Below are positions 1 through 9,803 of a stretch of 64,000 bases of DNA, in pieces. Below the pieces are notes generated by a model, which saw only the letters and a list, made by a program, of their open reading frames with translations, ran no database searches and was not told the origin of the DNA. The position numbers and the translations under genes were made by a program. Within the stretch, counting starts at the first letter, position 1. Each line of letters starts with the position of its first letter. This DNA is from an uncultured Gammaproteobacteria bacterium (lineage in GTDB: Bacteria; Patescibacteriota; Patescibacteriia; Magasanikbacterales; GWA2-37-8): assembly GCA_964465205.1 (NCBI GenBank), contig CAYXJO010000007.1:5228-69227 (forward strand), given 5' to 3'.

Positions 1-661
1 CGCTGATCAATATCTCGTCAAGGTGCTGTTGCCCGCGCGCCCGCACCTCGGGAGCATCGAGCTCCTTGGAATAGGGCGTATAGACAACTTCCGAAAAACT
101 TTTGCCGTCTTTGATGGCGCGTTTGATCGCCAAGACGACGTAGCCTTTCGGGACCGTGACGTCGAATTCGGAATTCACGCCGTTATGGGATTCTTGGCGT
201 ACCTTGAATCCGACTTTGTCGGCGCGACCCTTTTAGTCGATGGTGATTTTTTCGATCGTACCCGTCTCCTCGTTCACCACCGCCAGCAGCGTGTTGAAAC
301 TGCACAGCGATTTCGCCGTATAGGTTCTCAGCACGCGCTTTTTGCCCGTTTTTTTCGCCACCATTTTTTTGCCGTGTTTGTCTTTTTTGCTTTTGGTGGC
401 CACGACTTTTTTGGTGGTTTTCGTGCAGACTTGGAAGCCAGCTTCCTGGTCTTCCAGCAGGTCCTTTGCTTCGGCGATTTTGTCGATCACATCGAAGTTG
501 GTGAACTTCGGCGTAATCTTTTTGGTCTCGACTTTCACGGTCGGCAATGTCGGGCCAACCGGAGTCGGGCGAGAGTTGTGAAACACGATGCCCGCGACTA
601 GCGCGATCATCAGCACAGCGGCCACAGCGGCCACGACCAACAGTTTCTGCTTCTTTTTCAT
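1..661 (-). pseudogene. Membrane-anchored hypothetical protein interrupted by an in-frame TAA at 233-235; runs off the window edge
   Basis: The ORF 661-233 has an N-terminal TM helix and a GAGG SD. After the TAA the same frame stays open to base 1 (KGRADKVGFKVRQESHNGVNSEFDVTVPKGYVVLAIKRAIKDGKSFSEVVYTPYSKELDAPEVRARGQQHLDEILIS). Confidence 0.6.
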
Positions 662-750
662 CTATTTTTACCTCGTTTGTATGGGTTTCTGGATCACTTT
701 CCTGGGAGCGAAAATAGGCAGAGTGCCTACTTTTGTCCGCAGGAAAGTTT

Positions 751-806
751 TTGTAAAGAACAGCTAAATAACCAATCAGTATAGCACAAAAATGGGGTTT
801 TGTCAA
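751..806 (-). promoter_or_regulatory. Sigma70 promoter TTGACA-17-TATACT followed by boxA-like TGTTCTTTACAA
   Basis: -35 at 801-806, -10 at 778-783 with extended TG, boxA-like at 751-762. Confidence 0.7.
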
Positions 807-852
807 GGGTTTTGGCCATTGTTAGCCAAAAAATAGAGTTTGGCAAATAAAA

Positions 853-950
853 AAGAACAGTATATACAATTTTGGCGCCTTATGAGTCCACATCGATCCA
901 ATAATTAATATTCGGACGAGCTGGGCAACAAAATTGTATATACTGTTCTT
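853..950. repeat. Perfect 21-bp inverted repeat with a 56-nt loop, just after the stop of the 958-2832 gene
   Basis: AAGAACAGTATATACAATTTT (853-873) / AAAATTGTATATACTGTTCTT (930-950). Confidence 0.85.
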
Positions 951-957
951 GAGTTAT

Positions 958-2832
958 TTATAGCGCAATCTCATCACCCATAAAGTCTATACTTTGCCCG
1001 GTAACAGTATCATCGGCCGTCACATGTACTTTACCCACCACCATATTTTGAGTAGGATTTTTCTTGTTGAGCACCACATTCAATGGTAGTGCCAATACAT
1101 CTACTCCTTCCGGCATTTCCGGCACGGTCCAAGTAATCTTCTTTTCTGCGTCATCGAATTTTACTTCGCCGGCCGGGACATTTTGGGGGGTAGTAAAAGT
1201 AGTGTCGCCATAGATGTTTGCCGACAATTTTATATTTTTTAGCGCGTGAAAATTATTGGTGATAATCCACTTGATATCATAGGCGTCTTTTCCGTCCGCG
1301 CTGTTTACGCTGTGGCGATTTTCAAACTTTAGATCCGAATTCAAGGTGACAGTAATCGGCGCCGCGTTGATTGTTTGGTTCGCACCCGTACCATCGGTGT
1401 AATTGATTTTTGCGCCAATAACTACTTTGGATTCGACAAAATCCGACAATGTGGCAGTGTCGGCGTCTTTGATTGGCAAGCTAAAGTCAATGTTTATCTC
1501 GTTGCCGGGTATTATTTTGGCGAGTTCGGGTACTTTGCTGGTGTTCCAAATTATTTGCCCGCGTCGCACAGTATCACTTAATTGTTGCCCGATGATGTCG
1601 GCGTCATATTTATCATTGATCGCTTTCCAGTTCAGCAAACTTTGATTTTTTAGCGACGGCGCGTCGATATTTATTTTTACTTGTGCTTTTTTCATGTCAG
1701 TTTCGCCGGTGTTTTTTATATTGAGTGTGAAGTTCAAAGTATCACCGGGTTGTGTGGAGAAGTCTTTCAGATTACCGTTTATGGCTACACTAAAATTGGT
1801 TACATTATTTACCAGCGCGATCGGCAAATTATTTTCCGCGATTTTGAATTCCTGATCCAATAATTTTATGGGCAAAGACAAGGCCGCGCGCATAGGTTCG
1901 GTCGAAGATGTGGAACTATCGGAATAAGTGCCGCGCAAAGTAAATTTATAGCCAGACAATGGCGGCGTGCTTGTACTATTTGGGTTGAGTATTACTGTCC
2001 AGCGATTTTTTTCCAATTTGGGACTAGAAGTAACCAAATGAAAATTGGTCGGCAGTACCGGATCTAAATATAAATTTTCCGGTATCCAGTTGCCGGAATT
2101 TTCTAACGCGAAAGTATATTCCACTTCACTGCCAACCGTGGCTTTGTCCGGGCCGGTAATTTTTACGGCTAATGGCGACTTATCCATTTGGAGGTTGAGT
2201 ATGGCTGTTTTTTGTAATTCGGAATTAAAGTTTTCCGGTTGATAGTTCAAAAACACGCGCCAAGAACTCGCCTGTTCGGAAGCGCCATACATTTTGCCGG
2301 TGATAGTAATAGAATTTTTTTTGTAAGGCACTAGAGTGCCCAGGTCCCATTCGGTATGGCCGCCGTTTTTGGCGGGGATGGAGCTGTCGATAAATACAAA
2401 CCCATCGGGATAACGTATGCTTAGTGAGGCGTTCTTTAGATTAATGTTTTGATTGTTGCGGTAGTCGATTTTATAGGTGGTGGTAGCGCCCATGGTCGCG
2501 TTCACAGGTCCGTCGACCGTCAGCATCACTTGTGAGTCAGAGAATTTGTTGCTAGTGGGTAAAATAAAAAATCCAACCCAGGCTGCGGCTGCTAGTACCC
2601 CGCTCAAGATCAACAGAGAAGCAAAAAACCTAACTACAGGATGATTTTGTTGTTTATCTATTTTTTTCATATTGGGCAATCGACCGGCATCGTCTTGATA
2701 AATGGCGTTAATCGCGCGGTTGATTTCCGGGGCGTTGGAGGTTTTCTTGACAGCTGGCTTTCGGGGCGCGCGTTTTTTTGGCTTTGGCTCTGGAGCAATA
2801 TCTTGAGTAGAGAATTCAGGTGTGTCTGGCAT
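958..2832 (-). CDS. Single-TM protein with repeated Ig-like (DUF11-type) beta-sandwich domains
   Basis: 624 aa; TM near residues 70-90; repeated motifs such as TTTYKIDYRN, EVEYTFALEN and DTLNFTLNIKNTG. Confidence 0.7.
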   Translation of the reverse strand: MPDTPEFSTQDIAPEPKPKKRAPRKPAVKKTSNAPEINRAINAIYQDDAGRLPNMKKIDKQQNHPVVRFFASLLILSGVLAAAAWVGFFILPTSNKFSDSQVMLTVDGPVNATMGATTTYKIDYRNNQNINLKNASLSIRYPDGFVFIDSSIPAKNGGHTEWDLGTLVPYKKNSITITGKMYGASEQASSWRVFLNYQPENFNSELQKTAILNLQMDKSPLAVKITGPDKATVGSEVEYTFALENSGNWIPENLYLDPVLPTNFHLVTSSPKLEKNRWTVILNPNSTSTPPLSGYKFTLRGTYSDSSTSSTEPMRAALSLPIKLLDQEFKIAENNLPIALVNNVTNFSVAINGNLKDFSTQPGDTLNFTLNIKNTGETDMKKAQVKINIDAPSLKNQSLLNWKAINDKYDADIIGQQLSDTVRRGQIIWNTSKVPELAKIIPGNEINIDFSLPIKDADTATLSDFVESKVVIGAKINYTDGTGANQTINAAPITVTLNSDLKFENRHSVNSADGKDAYDIKWIITNNFHALKNIKLSANIYGDTTFTTPQNVPAGEVKFDDAEKKITWTVPEMPEGVDVLALPLNVVLNKKNPTQNMVVGKVHVTADDTVTGQSIDFMGDEIAL

Positions 2833-2862
2833 AAATAAAAATAATTTTTATAATTAATTAAG

Positions 2863-5490
2863 TTATTTATTTTGAGCGAGCAGGCTCCAAATATAATCTT
2901 TGTCCAGATTCATGTTTTCAATGGCTACGCCGTTGGCGGCGATTTTGATATTATGGCCGTCTTGCCAAATCGGTTGCCAGCCGGTGGGTAAAATTATCTG
3001 GCTTTCAAAAGTGCTATTCGCGCCCGATTGATTTTGGGTTACCAGTTGATATTTCAAAGCGGTCTTTAGCTCGTTCCCCAAAAATAAATTTTGCCAACCA
3101 GCCGCCGGTGTATCAGCAGAATAAATTTTGGCTTTGAATGGCAGGCGATAGACGAAATGCACTTGGGTGGTTTGGCCCGGTTCGGTGATCACCCAATTGC
3201 CAAAAGCGGTTTTACCGAATTCATTGGTGATGCGCGTGCCACTTTTGTTGTCGATGCTAGTCTCCTTTTCGATTTGCGCCAAATCCGCGTCTTTTTTGGC
3301 CCATTTATCAGGAGCACGGAAATGACTTTCGTCTGGCCAAGTGAACCCGCTGGCTTCTATTAGTTCGCTGTTGGCCGGTACATAGATTCGTAAATAATCC
3401 ACATTGTTTACTCCGTATAAATCTTCGTTCGTGTTACCCGTGTGGGCACGAGTGATAATTACCGTGTCGGTAATACTACCGTCGTCATTGATAACCGCTT
3501 GATGACTAATGGTTTGGTTTATGCGGGCGTCGCTTTTTTGTCCACCGATGTTAGTGTTGACTACCATCAGATAATCTTGCTCGGAGTTAGTGTCCGCAAT
3601 TTCTCCGCCCCAGCCGTATTTTTTGATTGTTTGTTCCGTATCGTAATCGGTAAAATAAGCTTGGATATCTTTTTGGCGCAAAGCATCTTGTAAATTGGTG
3701 AGAATTGGTACGATATATTCCGGTTTAATATTTTGAAAATATTCCAAAAATTGCGGTGCCAAATCCGCGATAATTTGTTTGGGCTTTTTGGTAGCGCGTG
3801 TAGAAGTACTTTCTACTTCTTGTTGAATAGTGTCGAGAGCATTGTCGGCAGAAATAGTGATATCTCGTTTTTCATCTTGAATCGGACCAATGATGCCGAG
3901 CAGTCGTTCCAGCACCGAAGCGTTTATGGCCACTACGCCATCCACTGTGATTTCGCGGCTTTTACGATAGAACCACATCATTTTCTGGGCGCTTTTGGGG
4001 AAATCTGGATACCAGTTACTGTCTTGAAACTGCCATTTATCATTGATAAGTAGTAGTGGGGTTGGCGGTTCAAGTCGTTCGCTTAGTTGTCCTTTTAGAT
4101 CATAAGATCCGCCCGGCGGTATGCTCATATTGATAATTTTGCCGTCGCGTACTTCTAGTAAAGCAAAGCTTCCCACAAAACCACCGGTCGGCCGTAGCTC
4201 GCTGGGATTTTGGAAGACCAGCAAATAACGACGCAAACCTTGGCCGCCAAATATTTCTTTTACGGTTTTACCCAACTCGGATAAATTTTGTAAGTCATCT
4301 AAAACAGTAGTAAATAGAACCTTGAAATCTTTAAATGGCGCTTGATACTCTAGTGGTAGTGTGTCTTCATCTACGGTGCCGAGGTCCTTGAGAGCCGCAT
4401 GATAATTTGGCAGTGCGGCATCCAAATGCTTGATTACCAGATCCAGTCGATCTGTCATTTTGCCGTTGTTTTCTTTTTGGCTTTCAGATAATCCTTTGAT
4501 CAGGTAAGTGTTACCCAAAGCAATTTTTTGTCCAGCCAAGATTAGTTGTTGGCGACTAGTCACTTCGTTGCCAATCATTGGGATGGCCGAAGTCATTTTT
4601 TGTAGCCATTGGTGCTTGGTCTCCATGGTGTCGATGGCGCCGGCAAATTTATTGAGAGCGGTATTAAGAGAATTCTGTGCTCCGTTGATATCGGCATGTA
4701 ATATGGCTGCGGTGGATTCTTGCAACGACATGAAACCTGTCCGACCATCGGACGCGATTTTTTCGGTGGTGAGACGGACGTTGCGATAATAAGAATTGGC
4801 TTGAAATGGGGCGATTAGTATAAGCGCTAAAGCTGCGATAGCGAAGGCGATTTTTTTCCAAGGCAGATTATGTAATGTATTGGTGACAGTAGTCGTGATC
4901 CAGTTTTGAATAATTGTGACGGCTCGGCCGGATAGGGGTTTAAATTCAATGTGTTTTTTGACAGGTTGCACGCTCGGCAGTTCGTTATTGTGTTCGAAAA
5001 CATTGGTGGCGGGTATGCTGTCACGAAAAACAACTTCGTGGGGAGTGAACTGTTCATCTGTGTCCACCCAATTGGTGTGGCGATGCACGTTGATGGTGGA
5101 TTCGACTGGTGGCGATACTGGGATAGATGGTTTGGCCAGGGGAGTTTGGCACGGAAATACCCGGTTTGGTTTTTCGGCTGTTGTTTTGGTCGGTGCCTCT
5201 GGTTTGGATTGATGATACGAATGATAAAGCGATTCGGTCTCGTTGGGTGCAAATGACGCGATTTTTTCTAGCAGATCTATTTTTGGTTTTTTGAGATCCA
5301 AGACATGAGGGGACTGGTGTGGTTCGTGCGCTACGTGATGAATATAAAAATTTAGCCCAGTCTTGGGTGGTTGGACGGTATTGTTTTGAGTTTGTAGAGA
5401 CGAAAATTTTACCGGACAAGTAGATCTGTTGTGTCCGGGCTTGTTACAAACGGAACAAACACGAAGTTGTGCTCGTTTTGTCTTGGGCAT
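2863..5490 (-). CDS. DUF4012-domain membrane protein with an N-terminal CCHC zinc knuckle
   Basis: RYLLVFQNPSELRPTGGFVGS and FQDSNWYPDFP motifs; CSVCNKPGHNRSTC at the N-terminus; one TM. Confidence 0.8.
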   Translation of the reverse strand: MPKTKRAQLRVCSVCNKPGHNRSTCPVKFSSLQTQNNTVQPPKTGLNFYIHHVAHEPHQSPHVLDLKKPKIDLLEKIASFAPNETESLYHSYHQSKPEAPTKTTAEKPNRVFPCQTPLAKPSIPVSPPVESTINVHRHTNWVDTDEQFTPHEVVFRDSIPATNVFEHNNELPSVQPVKKHIEFKPLSGRAVTIIQNWITTTVTNTLHNLPWKKIAFAIAALALILIAPFQANSYYRNVRLTTEKIASDGRTGFMSLQESTAAILHADINGAQNSLNTALNKFAGAIDTMETKHQWLQKMTSAIPMIGNEVTSRQQLILAGQKIALGNTYLIKGLSESQKENNGKMTDRLDLVIKHLDAALPNYHAALKDLGTVDEDTLPLEYQAPFKDFKVLFTTVLDDLQNLSELGKTVKEIFGGQGLRRYLLVFQNPSELRPTGGFVGSFALLEVRDGKIINMSIPPGGSYDLKGQLSERLEPPTPLLLINDKWQFQDSNWYPDFPKSAQKMMWFYRKSREITVDGVVAINASVLERLLGIIGPIQDEKRDITISADNALDTIQQEVESTSTRATKKPKQIIADLAPQFLEYFQNIKPEYIVPILTNLQDALRQKDIQAYFTDYDTEQTIKKYGWGGEIADTNSEQDYLMVVNTNIGGQKSDARINQTISHQAVINDDGSITDTVIITRAHTGNTNEDLYGVNNVDYLRIYVPANSELIEASGFTWPDESHFRAPDKWAKKDADLAQIEKETSIDNKSGTRITNEFGKTAFGNWVITEPGQTTQVHFVYRLPFKAKIYSADTPAAGWQNLFLGNELKTALKYQLVTQNQSGANSTFESQIILPTGWQPIWQDGHNIKIAANGVAIENMNLDKDYIWSLLAQNK

Positions 5491-5520
5491 TTGAGGTAAA
5501 AATTGTTTTTTCCACTTATA

Positions 5521-6648
5521 TTATACACCTTTTTGATAAATCTCCCAAGTAATTTTGGCGGTATTTTCCCAAGAGTAGTTGTGGATAACTTTTTGAGCGT
5601 TTTCTCCTAGTTTTTGACGTAAATTTTGATCAGTAAGGGCACGGTCAATCGTTTCAGCCATTTGGGGGTAGTTTTTGGGGTCGAAATATGCGGCGGCATC
5701 TTGTAAAATTTCTGGTAAACAAGTGTAATTTGAAGAAGCTACCGGCACTTTTTGAGCCATAGCCTCTAATGGCGGTAGGCCAAAACCTTCATAAAGGCTA
5801 GGAAAAACGTATAATGCTGCATTATGAAACAAGTTGGGCAAATCAGTGTCTGGCACAAAATCGGTAAAGACTACTGCGTCTCCCAAATTAGCAGCCAGTT
5901 CACTTTTGGCCAGGGTTTCGTAGAAATAATTTTTCTTACCAGCCAGAACTAGTTGGTATTTGTCGCTGTATTTGGCGAGGAAGATTTTCCAGGCCCGCAA
6001 CAATCCGTCTAAATTTTTGTGCGGGAAAGCCACACCTACATAGAGTACGTATGGTTTTGTAATGTGGTATTTGGCTCCGATGTCGGTGTTGGTTGATGCG
6101 GGTAAATTAGAAAGCCCTAACAATGACACGGTAATCTGGTTGGCCGGTACCGCTAATGTTTTGATAATGTCTGCCTTGGTAAACTCGCAAGGCGCTAAAA
6201 TGTGTGTGGCCCGACGTACGGCATGTTGCAAAACTAATTTAAATGCTAAATTTTTGAACCAATAAGTGAATGGTCCAAGGCGACTGGCGGCACGAGTAGG
6301 GTAGTGGAGCAGTAGTAAATCATGAATAGTTACCACAAATGGATCGTTGTAAAAAAACGGTACGTTCCAATGCGGAAAATGCATCAGGTCAATTTTGGCC
6401 GATTTAATTATTTTTTTGAAAGAAATTTGTTCACGCCAACCATACCACGGAATATCAGCGAGAACTTTTTGGAAGCTAGGATTAGCGGGCGAATATTCAT
6501 CCCAGTTGTTTTTTCGTAAAAAAATAATAAATTCAAAATCCGGCCGAGCTTCGGTCAGTTGTTCGAGGTGTTTAATTAGCTGCTCAATGTAACGTCCCAG
6601 GCCGCCTTGGCGCGGGCCATACATGCGGGCGTCGATACCGATGCGCAT
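5521..6648 (-). CDS. Glycosyltransferase family 4 (GT-B fold)
   Basis: MRIGIDAR start, VVTIHDL, FPSLYEGFGLPPLEAMA. Confidence 0.92.
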   Translation of the reverse strand: MRIGIDARMYGPRQGGLGRYIEQLIKHLEQLTEARPDFEFIIFLRKNNWDEYSPANPSFQKVLADIPWYGWREQISFKKIIKSAKIDLMHFPHWNVPFFYNDPFVVTIHDLLLLHYPTRAASRLGPFTYWFKNLAFKLVLQHAVRRATHILAPCEFTKADIIKTLAVPANQITVSLLGLSNLPASTNTDIGAKYHITKPYVLYVGVAFPHKNLDGLLRAWKIFLAKYSDKYQLVLAGKKNYFYETLAKSELAANLGDAVVFTDFVPDTDLPNLFHNAALYVFPSLYEGFGLPPLEAMAQKVPVASSNYTCLPEILQDAAAYFDPKNYPQMAETIDRALTDQNLRQKLGENAQKVIHNYSWENTAKITWEIYQKGV

Positions 6649-6654
6649 ATTAGT

Positions 6655-7722
6655 TTACATGCCGGAATAAGCTTCAAAATCGTAATAAAGTTTGTCCTTT
6701 TTACCAGTTTCAGTTCGGTACTTTTCGGTAGCGGATATTATTTTTTTGGCTACCGATATAGTATATGCCGGTCTAGATTCAAACCCTGTTTCTCGGCAGA
6801 ACATTATACCAGAAGCTCCGTCGAGTACTATATTAGTTAAATCAAGTATGTCAGAGCGAGTAGGAGTATAGTTGTGAATGGTGCTTTCTAGGATTTGTGT
6901 AGATACAATAGTGGGTTTACCATACTTACGCGTGTTTTCTAATAAGATTTTTTGTTGTATGCCAGTCTGTTCAAATGGGGTGTTAACGCCCATTTCACCC
7001 CTGTCGATCAAAACATAATCATAGAACTTATCTTGCACAATTTCTTTAATATCATCAACACCCTTTTGGTTTTCTATTTTAATAATAATTTTAGGGTACG
7101 AATTGTCTACTTTAAACTTAAATAATTTTTTTATTTCTTCGTTTGTTTCTTGATTTACGTATGAAAAGGCGTAATAGTCGGGGTTGTGCTCCTTTACCCG
7201 GTCAATTATCTGTCGGTATTGTTCGATGGTGTTAGTAGTATTTATACGATGGCCGGTATTCAACGTCTTTAAGTATTGTATGATGCCGTTATTCAAGATT
7301 TTGACTTTCACAGTGCTTTCGTCGATTATTTCAATCACCTGCAAAGCTATTTCACCATCACCAATTGTTACAGTTTGATCAACTACTAGCTCATCACCTA
7401 ATCTAGGTATTTGTATGGGTATAAACTGGTTGCAATCCGGTGAGTACGATGCTGACTTGCAGATAAATTCTTCCCCCTCTCTCACAGAGAAAGTTTTTCC
7501 GTCAAAATCGCCCAAACGTGCTTTGTTTATGGGCAAATCAATGAGAATTTTAGTTTGCGAGTTTAAGTCGTTGATTACTCCTTGTATGATTTTTACGTAT
7601 TCGATATTTTCGTTTATATTACGACGAGAAAAATTAATACGAACAACATTGGCGCCGGCCAGGATAATTTTACGAGCTTTTTGTTCGGTAGTATTTTGGC
7701 CAATGGAGGCTATTATTAACAT
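6655..7722 (-). CDS. Divergent pyruvate kinase-like protein (barrel and B domain only)
   Basis: RINFS, KIEN, RGEMGV, TQILES, PTRSD and LDGASGIMF motifs; no C-terminal regulatory domain; ATG at 7722. Confidence 0.75.
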   Translation of the reverse strand: MLIIASIGQNTTEQKARKIILAGANVVRINFSRRNINENIEYVKIIQGVINDLNSQTKILIDLPINKARLGDFDGKTFSVREGEEFICKSASYSPDCNQFIPIQIPRLGDELVVDQTVTIGDGEIALQVIEIIDESTVKVKILNNGIIQYLKTLNTGHRINTTNTIEQYRQIIDRVKEHNPDYYAFSYVNQETNEEIKKLFKFKVDNSYPKIIIKIENQKGVDDIKEIVQDKFYDYVLIDRGEMGVNTPFEQTGIQQKILLENTRKYGKPTIVSTQILESTIHNYTPTRSDILDLTNIVLDGASGIMFCRETGFESRPAYTISVAKKIISATEKYRTETGKKDKLYYDFEAYSGM

Positions 7723-7736
7723 ACGTAACAAGGGGG

Positions 7737-8909
7737 TTAATCAAATAGTTCTTTTATTATAGTGCCGTTGGCGATTGTTTTTAAACGAAAATTGTAATTG
7801 ATCGTTTGGCCCAGATCCGCAAAAGTTTTTCTTTGACCGAGCCATATTTTTTGTTTATTACTTTTGGAAAAAGCAATCAGCGGTACACGCTCACGACTGT
7901 GACCGCGAGTGAATACAGTCGGATCACAGCCGTGGTCGGCAGTGAGTATCAGCAAGTCGCTTGTGGTGAGATTTTTTATAATATTGCTTAGGTATTTATC
8001 AATTTCTTGTAGTTTTTGTCCATATCCGATTACGTTATTATAATGTCCTAACATATCAAACTCGCGTAAGCAGAAAATCATGACGCTTTGTTTGGTGTTA
8101 TTAATAATAGTTTTATTGATTTTTTTGAGTAAGGGTAAATTTTCTATGTGATCCTCTATTGATTGAATATAGTTATCATCACCGAGCAAGCTTTTGATAT
8201 GCGCAGTAGTAATTATTTTGATCTTTTTTTGTTTGATGTAATTGAGCACCGATCGATTAAAGAATTTTTTACCAACCAATACAAAGTATTTTCCTCGTTT
8301 GCGTTGGAAGTTGCCTAGTTTGCCTACAAACGGACGAGTGATGATGCGAATTATCCCAAATGGCAGAAGTTCCTTGGCCAGTTCTTTTCCGATCGCATGT
8401 AATCTTGTGGCTGGGATAATTTTCTCGTGCGCGGCCAACAAAGCCACTCCGTCTTTATCAAAATAGATAATTGGTCCGCGTTTTTGAACATGTAAGTTAT
8501 AGTATTTATTAATTGCTTGGACGCCGGATATATATTCGTTCCCAACCAGTGGAACGCCTAATCTTTTTTCGATCTCTTTAAGTTTTCTTTGTGGCAATCC
8601 GCAAGTATCACTACGAAAACGTTTTTTGAAGACAACGCCCAACATCTCCCACAGACCTGCCATTGTGTCGTTGCCCGCGGTACGCGCATTCATATTACCG
8701 CAACAATAAGGGCGAGGTGCTTCTTTGTCGAAGAGGATCTTTTTCAGACCCATACGTTCTAGTAATGGCAACTTAAAATTACGATTATGTTTATAAACGT
8801 TTAACAAGGTATTGCAAGTGTGTGGGTGGAATTTTTTATAGTCCTTTTGCACTCCACACCCCACACTGTCCATGATTAGAATTATGACGCGTTTGTATTT
8901 GCGGTACAT
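7737..8909 (-). CDS. Divergent phosphopentomutase-like protein (DeoB family, alkaline phosphatase superfamily)
   Basis: IMDSVGCG, GNDT, RIITRPF, FDMLGH, TADHGCDP, HSRERVP. Confidence 0.8.
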   Translation of the reverse strand: MYRKYKRVIILIMDSVGCGVQKDYKKFHPHTCNTLLNVYKHNRNFKLPLLERMGLKKILFDKEAPRPYCCGNMNARTAGNDTMAGLWEMLGVVFKKRFRSDTCGLPQRKLKEIEKRLGVPLVGNEYISGVQAINKYYNLHVQKRGPIIYFDKDGVALLAAHEKIIPATRLHAIGKELAKELLPFGIIRIITRPFVGKLGNFQRKRGKYFVLVGKKFFNRSVLNYIKQKKIKIITTAHIKSLLGDDNYIQSIEDHIENLPLLKKINKTIINNTKQSVMIFCLREFDMLGHYNNVIGYGQKLQEIDKYLSNIIKNLTTSDLLILTADHGCDPTVFTRGHSRERVPLIAFSKSNKQKIWLGQRKTFADLGQTINYNFRLKTIANGTIIKELFD

Positions 8910-8916
8910 AATGCAT

Positions 8917-8945
8917 AAACACCCCTGACAGTATCAAGGGTGTTT
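8917..8945 (-). terminator. Hairpin after rplA
   Basis: AAACACCC...GGGTGTTT. Confidence 0.55.
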
Positions 8946-8949
8946 CAGT

Positions 8950-9627
8950 TTAGTTTTCGCTGATTTTGATGGCCGGGCCCATGGTGGAACAGAGTACCAA
9001 GTTTTGAATGTAGGTGCCCTTGGCGGAGTTCGGTTTGGCTTTCTTAAGAGCTTCGAGAAAAGCTGCCAGATTATCTTTCAGATTGGCTTCGGAGAAGCTC
9101 ATCTTGCCGATCATCTGGTGCACATTAGAAGTATCGTCGTTTTTAAAAGTGATTTTACCCTTTTTTAGTTCTTCGATCATTTTTTTGATGTTTGGACTCA
9201 CCGTCTCTGTTTTCGGGTTAGGCATCAATCCTTTTGGACCTAACACTTTGGCGATCGCGGCGAGCTTTGGCATCATGTCAGGGGTGGTTACCGCCAACTC
9301 GAAGTCGATTTTACCGGAGTCTTTAATTTTTTTGATATCTTCTTCGCCGTAGACAAGGTCAGCGCCCGCTTCTTTGGCTTCTTTCTCTTTGTCAGCAGCT
9401 ACGAAAGCAGCGATTTTTTTGGTCTTACCGGTGCCGTGGGGGAGTACCACCGTAGCACGAATTTGCTGTTCGCCTTTTTTCGGATCGATACCGAGTTTGG
9501 CGTGCACTTCTACGCTGGCGTCAAATTTTACACCAGATGTTTCCTTGACCAATTTAATAGCTTCGTCCCAAGAATAGGTCTTGTTCTTGTCCACTTTGGC
9601 TGCCGAGGCAGTCAGTCTTTTTGACAT
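8950..9627 (-). CDS. rplA: 50S ribosomal protein L1
   Basis: KFDASVEVH, LPHGTGK, LGPKGLMPNPK, STMGP. Confidence 0.98.
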   Translation of the reverse strand: MSKRLTASAAKVDKNKTYSWDEAIKLVKETSGVKFDASVEVHAKLGIDPKKGEQQIRATVVLPHGTGKTKKIAAFVAADKEKEAKEAGADLVYGEEDIKKIKDSGKIDFELAVTTPDMMPKLAAIAKVLGPKGLMPNPKTETVSPNIKKMIEELKKGKITFKNDDTSNVHQMIGKMSFSEANLKDNLAAFLEALKKAKPNSAKGTYIQNLVLCSTMGPAIKISEN

Positions 9628-9640
9628 AAAATTAATAATT

Positions 9641-9725
9641 TTCGTGGTACAAACTCCCGAATGGTCGGGATCCCACAATAATTGAATGTAGTGCGCACTT
9701 TAACACAGAATCAGCAGATTGTCAA
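9641..9725 (-). promoter_or_regulatory. rplA promoter (TTGACA-17-TAAAGT) and putative L1-binding leader
   Basis: Leader GTGGGA-TCCCGA-CCAT-TCGGGA-GTTTGT-ACCAC resembles L1 autoregulatory hairpins. Confidence 0.6.
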
Positions 9726-9803
9726 GCCAATTGTTGACTAATTTTATTATAACACAAAGCCCAAGCCGCCACAAGCCGCAATTTGGGCCATAAATAGCGA
9801 AGT

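Noticed and set aside
878-922. Hammerhead-like CTTATGA-GTCC...GGAC-GAGC
   Set aside because: The invariant core CUGANGA and GAAA are both altered, and stems I and III cannot be formed convincingly.
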